Shown: positions 18,562-31,572, counted from the stretch's first letter. The stretch is DNA of 32,000 nucleotides from Wallemia ichthyophaga EXF-994 (GCF_000400465.1 NW_008806295.1:30001-62000), one strand, 5' to 3'. Notes: generated from the sequence alone by a model not told the origin. A program made the numbers and translations.

Positions 18562-19511
18562 CCTCTTCCATTGGGAAGGTAAAATTTTTAAGAGTTGAAT
18601 CAACTCATTTTGGGAAATGTTTTCTGGTATATATTTTTTTCGCCGAGTATAATTGGCTCGGAAAAGCCCTGATTTTCAAGACAGCTTTCTGTTGAAACAA
18701 ATAATTACATTACTGGTTTATTTGCAAGGCAAGTCTTCGTTGTGTCCTTTACACGTATGCATAAGTAGTAGTGGTAGTGTTAGACCTTTTCACTCCTTGG
18801 AGTGCGTTTGTGACTTTCATTTCTTTTGTCTCGTTTTCTTTTCACTGAAACACTAGATGTTGTCAAATTCAGCATCACTGAATGAAATTTTGGTCAAATA
18901 ATCAGAAGACAATTCAAACTTACCTAGCTGATTCAATAGGCATTTCCCACTTTTGGGCACTGTGACGGATGTCTGTGATTATTTTGACAGAGAATTTCGG
19001 ATTATATCCCATCTACGTCATTTCTTATCTTTTAACTAGCTCTATCTGATCCATCGCCACCGTAAATTGGAAAGATAAGATCATTAAAGCATACTGTATG
19101 GTTAATTATAGTTCCTCAAATCTGATTAAATGATTAGTTCTCTAACAGATAGGTAGTCACGCTGAGCGCTATCATTAAGGATATTTTCTCGCCTTTGTTA
19201 TTTGCTCATGTTTCGGTTCAAAACACAGCATGTCAACAATAATTGTACATAATGTATATAAAAACAAAATTAAAATAAACCTTCATCTATAAACAATTGC
19301 TGAAACAAATCAATACGTTTTTCCAGGCTTTAAGAGATTATTTGTGGAGTTTACGGGATTCGAAACTATTCGCAAAAAGTGATTATGAAAAAAATTTCGG
19401 TGAATTAAGGCACATTATAATTAAGTGGATAACACTAAAAATTGGCTTTTCTGAATTTTCAACGAGTAATAAAAGCCGATATGGTCTTTTATTTTGAGCC
19501 TTAATGCTATC

Positions 19512-19592
19512 GGTTCGATGGTCTAGGGGTATGATTCTCGCTTTGGGACACCAATTTGCGAGAGGTCCAGGGTTCAAATCCCTGTCGAACCC
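19512..19592 (+). tRNA. tRNA-Pro (anticodon TGG) with a 9-nt intron at position 37/38 (19548-19556)
   Basis: Acceptor GGTTCGA/TCGAACC; anticodon stem CTCGC/GCGAG; loop TT-TGG-G|acaccaatt|T; T arm CAGGG-TTCAAAT-CCCTG. The spliced length is 72 nt. Confidence 0.93.
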
Positions 19593-19599
19593 TTTTTTT
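19593..19599 (+). terminator. RNA polymerase III T-tract terminator of tRNA-Pro
   Basis: T7 immediately after the discriminator base. Confidence 0.75.
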
Positions 19600-19760
19600 G
19601 GAGCTGAATTTCTTTTACATAAAATTCAATTATGATGAATAATAAATTTCTGGTGATATTTCAGGAAGATAGTGCTGAGCTAATAAGTTTCTAATTGAAA
19701 ATTACAATAAAAGTAAGGTATAGATTGCAATGATTTCATTCCAGTACCATCATCATCAAA

Positions 19761-20492
19761 ATGTCAGCGGATGGAAGACCATTACCAGAGGGATGGATAG
19801 AGGATTTTGATCCGCAATATCAAAGAAATTTTTGGGTTGACGTGCGTAAAGAGCCACCGGTTTCAATTTGGCATCATCCACTTGATGATGCTGAGTATTC
19901 TAATAAATCGTTTGCACCGCCACCAGGTCCACCACCGGGAGCATCACCTTATGAGGAGAAACCACCAGTACCACAATCACAGCCATCACCGCAGCCTAGA
20001 GGATCATCACCGTATATTCCCCAAAAGGAATCAAAATCTAGTAAAATAAAGTCATTTTTGGGATTGGGATCGTCATCGAGGCCACAGGGTTATGGACAGG
20101 GTGGATATATGCAACAGCAACCGATGCAGCAACCAATGTATCCACAGCAACAGTCATATCCACAGCAACAACCTTATATGCAACCACAGCAACAACAACC
20201 TTATATGCAACCACAGCAACCAATGTGTTAGTATTTGAAGAAAAAAAACCTTTTAATTCTTATTAACAATAACTTAGATGTACAACAGCAACGACCAAGT
20301 AAAAGAATGGGCGGTGGAGGAGGAGGAATGGGCAGTATGCTTCCAATGGCTGGTGGTTTAGGTGCTGGAATGCTTGGTGGTGCATTCTTAGCTCATGAGT
20401 TTGATGAATCCCAGCAAGACGCGTATGAAGATGGATATGACGATGGAGGCGGTGGTGATTTTGATGACGGTGGCGGTGGAGATGATTTCTAG
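19761..20492 (+). CDS. WW-domain protein with Pro/Gln/Tyr-rich repeats and Gly/Asp-rich tail (Wwm1-like; 226 aa)
   Basis: WW domain LPEGWIEDFDPQYQRNFWVD....SIWHHP. Intron 20227-20277 (51 nt, GTTAGT..TAG) joins two track ORFs in frame. A tandem QQQPYMQP unit is duplicated at the DNA level around 20165-20222. Confidence 0.85.
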
Positions 20493-20558
20493 TCTTGTTC
20501 CATTTAAATCAAATAAATTATAAATCTTTGGTATCGCTTGAACCATCACGACGATAAA

Positions 20559-23500
20559 ATGCTGGCGACAAGCACAGCTAATAATTCATCTTTAACTCCT
20601 TTGCCAGTGGAATACGCGCTACCTTTATCAACTCAAAACGATTTGGATTTAAATTACCCAGAAGATGAGCAATCCAACTTTGCGATTTCAATTCCTCATC
20701 CAATACACGATCATCATTTGTTAATTGGTAGATTATCAAATAATTACAAAACCTTAGTATTATCTAGTATACCTCCATTAGCACCTTCTTTATCGATAAA
20801 TCTACATTCACCCGCTATACCTACAATTGGTTTATTCTACGACGATGAAGCTGAATCCGTTCATTTGTTACTCGTCACTCAATCCTCCGCTTTACTCAGA
20901 TTGTCTGTACCTCTTTTCGTACTCAATTCACCTTCCTCTGAAAATCTTCCTGATGGTTGGGCAACTGAATACATTCTCAACTCTGTGGAATCTGATTCAT
21001 CGCAGATTTCAACTGTTAACCCAGTTGACTTGAATTCAGTGTTGTTGGGTTTGGTTGATGGTACTCTAGTCCTCTGCGAACAACCTAGAGGCGATAGAAC
21101 CCTACTTGGTATGGGTCTAGTTAGTTATTATGAAACTCAATGGTCGGAATCTCAAATGCGTCACTCTTCCATCTTATCGTCTGTCAAATCTTTCCTCCCA
21201 AACCCTTTCTCCTCCTACGCTAATTCTGCTATTGGTCCTCCCACTCAAATTATCTCTGTCTCATCTCACATCACTGAGAACTCTGCTTTCGCTTTCACCC
21301 TCTCAAGAGATAGAAAATTACGCGTTTGGTCTTTGATTCACAGATCTTGCATCAGAACAATTGCCCTGGGTGATCAATACGATTTTATTCCTGGCGATCC
21401 ACGCAAGCTCTTGACCACTTACTCTACAGATATCGATGATGATGATGGTATTGGTTTCATATCTGTTCATCTCCCAGACTATGCAACTCCTGGCTTCTAC
21501 ATTTACTCCTTCGAAATCAATAGAAACGCTGGTTTGGGTGAGCTTAACCTGATTGCTGAGCGCACAAGTGAACCTGGCTTGGAATTGCACGATATGTGCA
21601 TTATTAACCATGGTCAACCTAAACTCTGGGCTCTGTATGAGAAATCTGGTATTCCTCTCATCAAGCACACTCTTCTCAATGAACTTACGACTGATATGCC
21701 ATCTCAAATTACTCCAGCTTCATGGGAGGTTGTTACACAAGCACCTATAACACCCCTCGATCCTGCAGCTTTCTCTGATTACGTTTTGAGCGCAGCTGCG
21801 GGTACTTCCATCCCTGACATATTCCTTGATGTCATTTTCACTCCAGGTGCTTTCAGTCCTCTGACTATCTCTCGCGCTATTGTCGAGTATACGTCTCTAA
21901 TTATCAACGAGATTGCACCAGAGAACAGACCAGAAAAATTGCTTGATCCTCCAGTCTACGATAACCTCGCTCAACACTCCGCTGATGTGGTTGGATGTCA
22001 CATTCAGCTTGAGTATGATGCCGCTTCTGGTGTCCCAAGAACCGAAGAACACCAGCAGAAGGTCAAGTTTGAGTGGTTGCGATTCGCATCTCTCGTCGGT
22101 GAGACTCATGGTCGCGCTCAACTGCCTTTGCATTTGGCTATACACGCTCAGCAACCTCAACAAATCTTGGTCATACAATCTGAAGCTATATCTGCTCCAG
22201 TTATAGAGGATCAATGTCAGACTATTCGTCGTATCACTGATCCCAACGTCTCTTCGGATGCTGTGAGGGATTTCCTCGAGTTAGAAGAGTCCACGGTTGA
22301 AAAATTCTGCTCTGAGGAGCTCGTTTCTCGTGAGAGCAGAGAGTCTGTTTTGCGTGTTTTTATGCTAGCCAGATCACTCATTCAATTAATATCACTGGAT
22401 AAACTGAGAAATATCCAAGATGACATCTTATACATGGCAACTAACCATCTCAACGACTCTCCAGAAGCATTATTGAGGGATCTATGGAAAAACGTTACAC
22501 AGGATGCCACTGTGGATCCAAACACCAAAACTCTCTTACAAAGCGCAAAAGAAACAGTTACAAGTAACGTGGATGCTTTCTTAGTCGCATTAGACAGCGC
22601 AATAGAGATTTTGACGGACGTCGGATACACGTTTGACGAATCTACTACCAATAAGTCGACGCTTACCGATGACCTCTCAAAGACTCTCGTCTCCTCTACA
22701 CTCATAAATCAGCTCAAAGATCGCTACACCCTGTCAAGAGATCTAATGATACTTGTTTTGTTTGTCGATTCATGTGACCTCTTGGGTAGCGATCCAGAGT
22801 CAGCTATGAATCGCACGCTTAATGTATTCCACAGAAGTGCGCTTCTTCGTTGGATCGCTCTTAGAGGCGTTTCTGAAGAGCCAAACTACCCTAATGAAGA
22901 GGGTAACAAAGCGGATGACGGCCTTACAAACCAATTTGGCGCTATGTACGTTGCCAATGTATCGTCACTCGAGCATTATCCAAAACTCCCAGCTAGCTCA
23001 CTCATTCATGCGATACTACGCACACCTTCGTACGCACTGATATCTGGTGTATCATTGTTCGAGGATGACAGTGCAGCCACCTACTTACCAACACCACGAG
23101 CAATTACACACGCTGCTAACTACTTCCTTAAGCACATTCATTTGCTCATCGATGCTAACTTTGTTGAGTGCAACGCTGCTGATACTAAGTTTGGCAAGAT
23201 GCTTTTTGATTGTGGATGGCATAATCTCGTCAATGATTATGTTCAGTTCTGGCCAGGCAGCGCGGGGATGTCTTACATTGATGCTCTGGCTAAAGTCGAG
23301 AACTGCGAATTTGAACAAGCCAAAGGAGAATTTGAAGTGGCTGCAAGTGGCATGATGTCTAACGATGAGACACTCAAAGCAGTTTTACCAAAAGGTGTCG
23401 ACTCGCTTGCAAAGTTTTATGAACATGTTACCGTAACTTTCGAAGCAGCTCAATTTGACGAATATATATCACACTTTGCTCAGTATGCTCTTGATGAAGT

Positions 23501-25017
23501 GATTCAAGGAGACGAAGAGGGTGTTGATTCTAGCGCACTTTGGAACAAGCTGTTCAGATCTCAAGCTAGTGTTGGAAAATATGAAGAGAGCTATACAACG
23601 TTAATGGCTATCCCATACGTAGACATCCAGCACGAATGTTTGAGATATCTCGTGTCCGCTATGTGTGAGACGGGAGATGTTGCAAGATTGGTGCAATTCC
23701 CGTTCACTTCTCTGCAACCTGAACTCGAACGCACTTTGTCATTCAAGGCTCGCAATTCTGATGCGTTGGACAGACCGAACTACTACCAGATACTCTACTC
23801 GTATTACATATTCAGAGGTAACTTTAGAGATGGTGAGTTATAGTATAGGTCAATCTACTGTTGTCAATCTAACACAACACCAGCTGGTGCTATCATGTAT
23901 CAACACGGTCGCAGACTTGCAGAAATCCCTTGTCGACCTGGTGAATTTGGAGAGCTTGCAACACTCCAAGCAAGAGCATATCTTAGTGCCGTTAATGCAC
24001 TTTCACTTGTCAATCCAAAGAATGCGTGGGTGGTGCTCCCAGTGACGCCAGAGAGTGTATCGAATGTGAGTAACTCAACTTGTTGATGGTATTCCTATAA
24101 ATCTTACGCATTTACTCAGATTCGCAAGAGAAGAAGGCTGACGACGCACATTCCTGAATCAGAGTTTAACAATGAAAGTAAAACGCTAGAGATAGTTAGA
24201 ATAGAGGATATTCGTCATGATTACACTCTCGTCTTGGCTCGTCTTCAACTAGCGCAAGAATTCCCAGAGCTTACACATGCCAATCTGTCAATGGCTCCTG
24301 AGGATATAGTCGCACTTTTTACACAACGTGGCTTATTCTCAGTCGCTATTGCTACAGCGCGCACTCTGGACGTAGACATGACAGGGATCTTTACGAATCT
24401 ATCCAGCAGGTGTCTTCAGCTATCGAAGCTGGGCGAATATGCAGAGTACGTTATGGTCTTGATCCTTTGATCTTTTTTTCGTTAGGCTCTCCTTGCTAAC
24501 ATACCACAGTGAATCCGATGTCGGCGAATGGATATTACTTGACGAATCTGCATCTAGCTGGCACGGTAGTGTGGCTGAACGTGCGTGGAACTATCTGAGA
24601 GGATCGCTTGAGAAGCACGACAAATTGGAGCGTACACATGGAAAATACAGAGTAGCAATACTTGAGCATCTTTTCGAAGTAGATAGGTCATTTGACGGTG
24701 TTCCGTCATGGCTGCTGTCTATGTTCGTATCGCATCTCGCTCCTGAACTCATACGCATCTACTTCAAATTTGACCTCCTCAACGATGCACTCAACACTTG
24801 CGTCAGAGTGCTCGAACAGGCTAACTCCAAGCTTAAGTTTTCTTCCAGTGCCCATGGTCAGTGGCTGCCTTATACTATTATAGATCAAGTCGTCACAGCT
24901 GTCAAGGAGAGTGGGGATGAAATCAAGTATGGAGACAAGGTGACTTATATTAAACAGCTCTATGAGGAACGTACGAAAACTCTAAACAACCAGAATATCA
25001 TGACGAATGGTATATAA
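20559..25017 (+). CDS. nup160: Nucleoporin Nup160/Nup120 (Y-complex; ~1429 aa)
   Basis: First ATG at 20559. Introns: 23833-23883, 24066-24119 and 24446-24509; spliced length is divisible by 3. Family-like motifs: FTLSRDRKLRVWSL in the propeller, YYQILYSYYIFRGNFRDAGAIMYQHGRRL, and a helical C-terminus. Confidence 0.85.
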
Positions 25018-25045
25018 AATGTTCATTGTATTTATTACAATTCTA

Positions 25046-26425
25046 CTAATTTATGCTTTTAACAAATGTAGGCACAATGAATGAGAGAATACTGCCTGTA
25101 CTCAAACCAGCTGTGAGATAGAAAACCAACACGCTAGCTCCGATGTCTTTAGCATTGTGCTGTTCATTACCAGGAATAGAAAGCGGATTATTGAGATTTG
25201 TGTTGAATTGCTCGTTGGTGCCTGCTGTAAAAACGTTGGTGGCAGTGTATCCATTCGTCAAACCGAAGAGTACAACCAGGGTGAAGAAAACAGCGTCATT
25301 TTTTACCAGTGATGGTGCCGTGTTAGGTATGTTAGAAGCTAAGAAGAGGGGAATAAAAATGACACGACAAGCTGAAATTGTATTCAACACTTTCGAGGAT
25401 GTGGGGTGGATAGTCTTGATTGTGTCTGGCTTAAATCTGTCAGGCAGCTCTAGCGATGGAAGAGCACGACCTGCGAGATCTGATAAGTTGAAAGTAAGGA
25501 AGTGAATCAAGGGGAAGTATGAAGCATGGAGAAGGGATGGCTGTGATTCTATAGGCTGTGAAGATCTCACGAGTACTGTGACTGTTGGGTATACGGCTAA
25601 AGTGACAGCGAAATCGAGCATGACTGCTGAGCCATATTGCCAAACACGAGCATTCACCTGCTTCATAAGCTCGAAGGGATGCTTGGATGGTGTTTTAAGT
25701 TTATTATTCGACACCAATTCGATAAAGGTGATCGTTTTTGAGAGGTGGTAGAAGAGGGCTGCAGAAACCACCAGAATTAGGGTAGAGGTAAGATATGAAA
25801 TGAACATGGTGAGCGCATTTGCAGTTGCCGTGTCGCCCTCGCTGCTATTGGAAAGTAATTGGAGAACCAACTGGAAAAGTGAAGCTATGACGGCTACAAT
25901 ACCCTGACCTGTAAAGATGGCTTTGAGGTGTGCTGGACCGTACAAGCTAGCAAGAGCTGTAGCTGCAGATTGCAAATAAGCAACGCCGATAGCAATGCTG
26001 ATTGCGCACCCCAACACAGCCCCAAAGAGGAACTGAGTTTTAAAGGTGGCTGAGATGTAAGCTAAGAATCCTAACGCTGCTAAAGGAATAGTCATAAGCA
26101 TTAAGGACCTCTTCACCCGCGTATCCATATCGGAGCCGGTGTGGGTGAGAGTCGCAAATGCCAAAGTGAGGAAGTTGGGTAGAGTGAATGCAGCAGATAG
26201 CGCAGAAGGGAATAAATCGTAGGAAATGACGTCACTGAAGAAAGGCAGCGCTAAAATGAGCATGTTCCAGGGTAAAAGCATCGATATCCCTAAGCAGAAA
26301 AATGTCGGTATCTGCAGTCTCGTTGAAGTGGAATCTGTAGTATTGGCCTCTGCAGCCTCTGCATCCTGTTCTCCGCCTAGTGATTGATATTTGAATCGCT
26401 GTAGGAATCCTCTAAATAAGTCCAT
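25046..26425 (-). CDS. Equilibrative nucleoside transporter (ENT/SLC29, Fun26-like; 459 aa, intronless)
   Basis: ATG at 26425. Motifs: LG..MLLPWN....A, GQG..AV, T.AVYP, FNL.DL.GR, R.IFIPLFL..N, FGLTNGY, G....FL..GL..GS; about 11 hydrophobic segments. Confidence 0.9.
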   Translation of the reverse strand: MDLFRGFLQRFKYQSLGGEQDAEAAEANTTDSTSTRLQIPTFFCLGISMLLPWNMLILALPFFSDVISYDLFPSALSAAFTLPNFLTLAFATLTHTGSDMDTRVKRSLMLMTIPLAALGFLAYISATFKTQFLFGAVLGCAISIAIGVAYLQSAATALASLYGPAHLKAIFTGQGIVAVIASLFQLVLQLLSNSSEGDTATANALTMFISYLTSTLILVVSAALFYHLSKTITFIELVSNNKLKTPSKHPFELMKQVNARVWQYGSAVMLDFAVTLAVYPTVTVLVRSSQPIESQPSLLHASYFPLIHFLTFNLSDLAGRALPSLELPDRFKPDTIKTIHPTSSKVLNTISACRVIFIPLFLASNIPNTAPSLVKNDAVFFTLVVLFGLTNGYTATNVFTAGTNEQFNTNLNNPLSIPGNEQHNAKDIGASVLVFYLTAGLSTGSILSFIVPTFVKSIN

Positions 26426-26535
26426 CACCGTTCGAATTGAAGGAGGCTGCTATTGAATTACTAGTCATCAACTCAATTTAATAGCTTTGAGTATTTCCAA
26501 GCCGATTTCTCTTGATCAAACATCTTAATCCCCAA

Positions 26536-26561
26536 CCACCACCACCACCACCACCACCACC
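26536..26561. repeat. (CCA)8 microsatellite in the 154-bp divergent promoter between the ENT and kinesin genes
   Basis: Eight perfect CCA units plus CC, ending 18 nt upstream of the kinesin ATG. Confidence 0.9.
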
Positions 26562-26579
26562 GATATACAAAGCCTTCAA

Positions 26580-29500
26580 ATGTCGGGCAACATCAGAGTT
26601 GTAGTCCGATGTAGACCTCTAAATAGCAGAGGTGCGTTTATAACCGACATCACCACTATCTCACAACCCCCGTAGAAGTCTCAAGGGGTGCCAAAGGACT
26701 TATACGCATGGAAGGTAATCACACATACCTCGATCCTCCTCCTCCTGGTGCTTTAGCGGTTGGCGAGAAATCCACTGCGAAGAAGACGATGAATTTCACC
26801 TTTGATAAGTCATATTGGTCTGCAGGTCCCAAAGACGAGCCCACGTACGCGTCTCAGCAGACACTATACGACGATCTCGGTGATGAACTCCTTGAACACG
26901 CTTTCCAGGGCTTCAATTGTTGTATCTTTGCGTACGGCCAAACTGGCTCCGGTAAGTCTTACTCTATGATGGGCTATGGAGAAGACAAAGGTATTATACC
27001 CCTCACTTGTGAATCCCTATTCACGCGGATCGCTTCAAATCGCAACCCAAATCTCGGTTTCACTGTTGAATGCTCTTATATGGAAATTTACAATGAAAAA
27101 GTCAAAGACCTCCTCAATCCACGCAATATGAACAATCTTAAGGTTAGAGAGCATCCTAATCTTGGCCCTTACGTCGAAGACTTGAGCAAACTCGCTGTAA
27201 ATTCTTATGACGAAATGATGAATATGATGGATGAAGGTAACAAGGTGGGGGATACTTTTAGCTGTAACTCTCTCCTTACACTCCCCAGGCACGTACAGTT
27301 GCTGCTACTCAAATGAATGCAACTTCTTCACGTTCACATGGTGTTTTCACTCTCATTCTCACTCAAAAGCGCATGGACGTTGATACAGGTATGGAAGGTG
27401 AGAAGGTCAGTCGTATCTCTTTGGTCGACTTGGCTGGCTCAGAGCGAGCAAATTCAACTGGTGCAACTGGTCAACGTCTTAAAGAAGGTGCAAACATCAA
27501 CAAATCTCTGACTACGCTTGGTAAGGTCATTGCAGCACTTGCACAAGCCTCTGGTACACCAGATAACCTTGTCAAGGGAAAGAAGAAGCGTCCCGAAGAC
27601 TTTGTACCCTATCGTGACTCTGTCCTCACCTGGTTGCTCAAAGACAACCTCGGTGGTAACTCAAAGACTGCTATGATTGCCGCAATATCGCCTGCAGATT
27701 ATGAAGAGACTCTCAGTACACTTCGTTACGCCGATCAAGCTAAAAAAATTAAAAACAAGGCTATTGTTAATGAAGATCCAAACGCTAAGCTCATTCGTGA
27801 ACTTAAAGAAGAACTCGACGCCTTGCGTGTGAGAGCTGCTGGCGCTTCTCAAGAATCAACCTTCGATCCATCTGTTCCTCCAGAAAAGCAAATGGTCCAG
27901 TACAAGAGTCATACAGGTGAGATTAAAGAGGTCTCTAAAGCCAACTTGCAAGATCAAATGGAGCAGTCTGAAAAGCTTATGAGCTCTCTCAACGAAACTT
28001 GGGAGGAGAAGCTCCAAAAGACTCAAGAGATCCAAGTTGAAAGAGAAAAAGCACTCGAAGATCTCGGTATCACTGTTGACAAAAAGGGTGTTGGTGTGAG
28101 TACACCAAAGAAGATGCCTCATCTTGTCAACCTCAATGAAGACCCCCTCATGAGTGAGTGTTTAATTTATCAAATCAGACCAGGTCAAATGCTCGTCGGT
28201 AACATGGAATCAGAGAAAGCGTGCGAGATTAAGCTTTCTGGTCACACAATCCTAGACGAACACTGTGTTTTCATTAACGAGGGAGGAAGCGTTCATATAT
28301 CACCTCTCCCTGAAGCCATGGTTATGGTCAATGGCAACAAACTTGAAGCTGGTGTACCACATAAGCTTTTTTCAGGATACCGCATCATATTAGGAGAGTA
28401 CCACGTATTCAGATTCAATCATCCAGAAGATGTTAGAAAAGCTCGTGAGACAAGAGCATCAAGGATGAACCTTAGCATGACAGCTGCTGAGTTAGAAGCG
28501 CTTTCTGCACCGGATGACTCACATAATATGAGGTCAGGATCACCATCTGAAAGTTTCGCGCACACCTTCGATTGGGAGTCAGCAAGGAAAGAGGCTATTG
28601 AAAAATCAGGTGTTAACTTTGACGATTACAATGACGAAGATTTGGACAAAATATACGAGGATCTGATAAAAATTCGTACCGTTCGAAAAGCCCGCCCGGA
28701 ATCGAGAATGAGTATGTTAGATGGTGATAGTGAATTTGGAGACTCAAGCAACGGTCGCTTATTGTCTGGCGAAACTATCACTGATGATACCAGTATCGAC
28801 CCATCAAATGCTCTTGATTCGGATGTCAATAGCAAGGTCGAAAATATACCAAAACAAGATGTAGACATTATCAAAGCTCAGAATGACAAAATGGCTCAAA
28901 GGCTTCAACTATACCAGAAGCAAATGACTATGATGGTTCGCAAGCACAAGGAATACAAACGCCGCAACTCTAACGAAAGCTTTGAGCCAGCTTTGTTCAG
29001 TGATGAAGAGGTTGAGCATATAAATAACGTTTTGGCAAAATGGAAGCGGTTAAGAAGAGTGGCTATGGCTGAAGCTGCCCTCACTAACGCTGTATTTGTG
29101 AAAGAAGCTAATGTAATGGTGGGTGGTTAGAGTCTCAGTAGAATCAATTCTTACTGACAAATCACAGAGCAACGAGCTTATGACTGGTGTTTCATATAAT
29201 TTGACGGTGGATGCTGGGGGAGCCCTATCCTTTCCACAATCAGCACTAGAAACCATTGCTGGACTTGGGGAATTCGGTGAAGTTTCTAGCAAATCTACAT
29301 CCACCACAAACGCATTCAAGCCTGTCATTGCCGTTAAAGTGATTGACAGAAAGAACAATAGCGTTTATTTGTGGTCGCTGGAGAGACTTCATCAGCAGCT
29401 TCAGAGAATGCGAAATGTTACTCTCTTTATCGACAGACCGAACGTCAGTCAGCACTTTGCAACACTTGAGCCCTTCTACTCTCAAGACCCACCAGAGTAT

Positions 29501-31572
29501 TCATTTATTGGAGTAAGTAGGATTTATTAGTAACAATAATAATCTGACATAAGAGACAGTCTGCACTTTTATCGCTTTCGCCAATATTGAGGCAGAAATC
29601 CATTTCATACCAACTTCCAATATTCTGCAGATACACCACAGAAGCGCTTGGTTCATGTAAGGTTGAATTGAGAATAGCATCGGTTATACCACCTGCAAAT
29701 AGTAGTCCAAATGATACTGTCAGTAGTGGCACTCTCACTCCACGCTCTTCAACATCCGCAACGCTATCACAGGCACCAGGAATGATTAAATCACCAAGCA
29801 TCAATCAAATCATAGATACACATATTCCAATCGGATCAAAGATAAGCCTCGCAATCATGGTTGACCATGTTCGTGGACTTACCTCCAAAGACTTTGGCAG
29901 CATACACTGTCAAATCCGCCTGACATCGTTTGCCGGCCCAAATGCTGACATTGAGGATGTTTTCTCTTCTGCTGTTGCCGATCTTGGTGATGGCGATTCG
30001 ACTGACCTCAAGTTGCGCAAAACGATCTCTTTCACTGTCACTGAAGATGTGGCTCGGTATTTGTGCAACGACTATGCACCAATAGAGTGGGTAAATTTGG
30101 CTTAGAATTACATTTCTGACAACCATGCCAGATTCTTTGCAGCAGTTAAACCCTCGTTTATGGATGGTCTGCAAAATTCAGACATCTCGAGAGAGCAAGC
30201 TAGACTGTCCCCAAAAGTTGGAAGACATTCTAAGAATATGTCAATGTCATCATCTGGTCGCAAATCAGAAGTTGAGTTGCTTCATGAAGAAAAGCACGAC
30301 ATCTCAACTTGGCTGCAAGTCCAGGAGTTGGATGCAAGCGGGGAATACAAACCAGTTCAAGTCTCTTCAAACGGATCACTTGATCCTGGTAGCTTCAGTT
30401 TGAGACAGGGTCTTCAAAGAAGAATTGTGCTCACTATGAGTCATCAGTCTGGTCGGCAATTGCGTTGGAGGCGTGTGAACAAGCTTTCTTTGGGTGATAT
30501 TCGCCTCCTTGATTCTAAAGGTCGTTTGCATGAAAGCTCTTCCAGTGGTGACATAGATATACCACTTCCCAAGCACCAAGAACCACGATACAATGCCGAT
30601 GGGTCATCTCATCTTACAGTCACTTGTGGATGGGATTCTGGTAGGCATGACGCCTTATACCTCAATAGAGTTACTGGAAGTGGTCATCGTGTTTTAATGA
30701 GACTGAAATGGAGAGTCGATATTGAGAATTGCGAAGAGAGTGCATCATTTGCGATGGATGTGGCAGTCAACATTTACGGCAGAGACAGCAGCGGGCCATC
30801 AAAACTCATGTCATTCTTATCTTCAACTAAGTTACTCCATAAAACCAGCTCGCTATTCACCTTGAAAATGAGTCCACACCCATCACGATCGGCCAAGGCG
30901 TTGTGGAGAACAGATACCAATGGCAGATACATCAGAGGAGAAGAGAATCTCGGCGGCTGGAAAGTTAGGGGGATATCCCTAGTAGAAGATTTCGATGCTT
31001 TGAAGAAGCGCGAGAAATTGATTGCAGACGTTCAAGCTACAAAATCAGTGATGAACGCCATAGGAAATTCAAAAACAATCAAGAGGACGAATACAGAAGA
31101 TGCTGATAAGCTTGCGAAGAAGGTAGTGCAATGTTGGGAAGAAACAGCAAGAGGACCAACTATCGTCTCAGTGAGCGATCCAATCGGTCTAGAGAATGAA
31201 AATGAACCATTGACACCGCTGGATCTTGGATATACACCAACAGTCACATTGCAACCGCGATCAGATTCAAGATCAAAAGCTGGATATATGTTGCATCTTA
31301 CAGATGCACATAATGACAGCTGGTCTAGACGATTCTTCGTTTTGAAGAGACCTTGGTTGTACATCTATACATCATCGAATGAGTTGGATGAGGTTGGTGT
31401 AGTCAATCTGTCGTCAGTCAAGTTGGAGAGGAGCAAAGAGGTTGAAGAGCTCTTACAAAGAAAAAACACGTTTACAATATACTCACAGTCTAACTCTTAT
31501 ATCCTACAAACAGCCAACGAAAAGGATTTGGATGATTGGTGGCGCAAAATAAACCCATTACAGTTTACTTGA
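26580..31572 (+). CDS. kin3: Kinesin-3 (Unc-104/KIF1/Kin3): motor, FHA, coiled coils, C-terminal PH domain (1587 aa)
   Basis: ATG at 26580 ([13 protein letters not shown]). Introns: 26632-26675, 27245-27288, 29119-29167, 29513-29559 and 30087-30131; spliced length is divisible by 3. Motifs: [49 protein letters not shown] before the FHA domain, [14 protein letters not shown] in the PH domain. Confidence 0.96.

Noticed and set aside
18585-18805. Short hairpins (GAGTTG-AAT-CAACTC, CCGAG..CTCGG, CACTCC-TT-GGAGTG) as a structured RNA or MITE
   Set aside because: Stems of 5-6 bp are expected by chance; no terminal inverted repeats, target-site duplication or shared motif.
18916-18930. ACTTACCT resembling the U1 snRNA 5' end
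   Set aside because: Downstream sequence lacks U1 stem-loops and an Sm site; it is better explained as the reverse complement of a splice donor.
15802-28669. Isolated exact ATCTGATAA sites at 15802, 25478 and 28661
   Set aside because: They are single copies inside coding exons and consistent with chance; not counted as regulatory.
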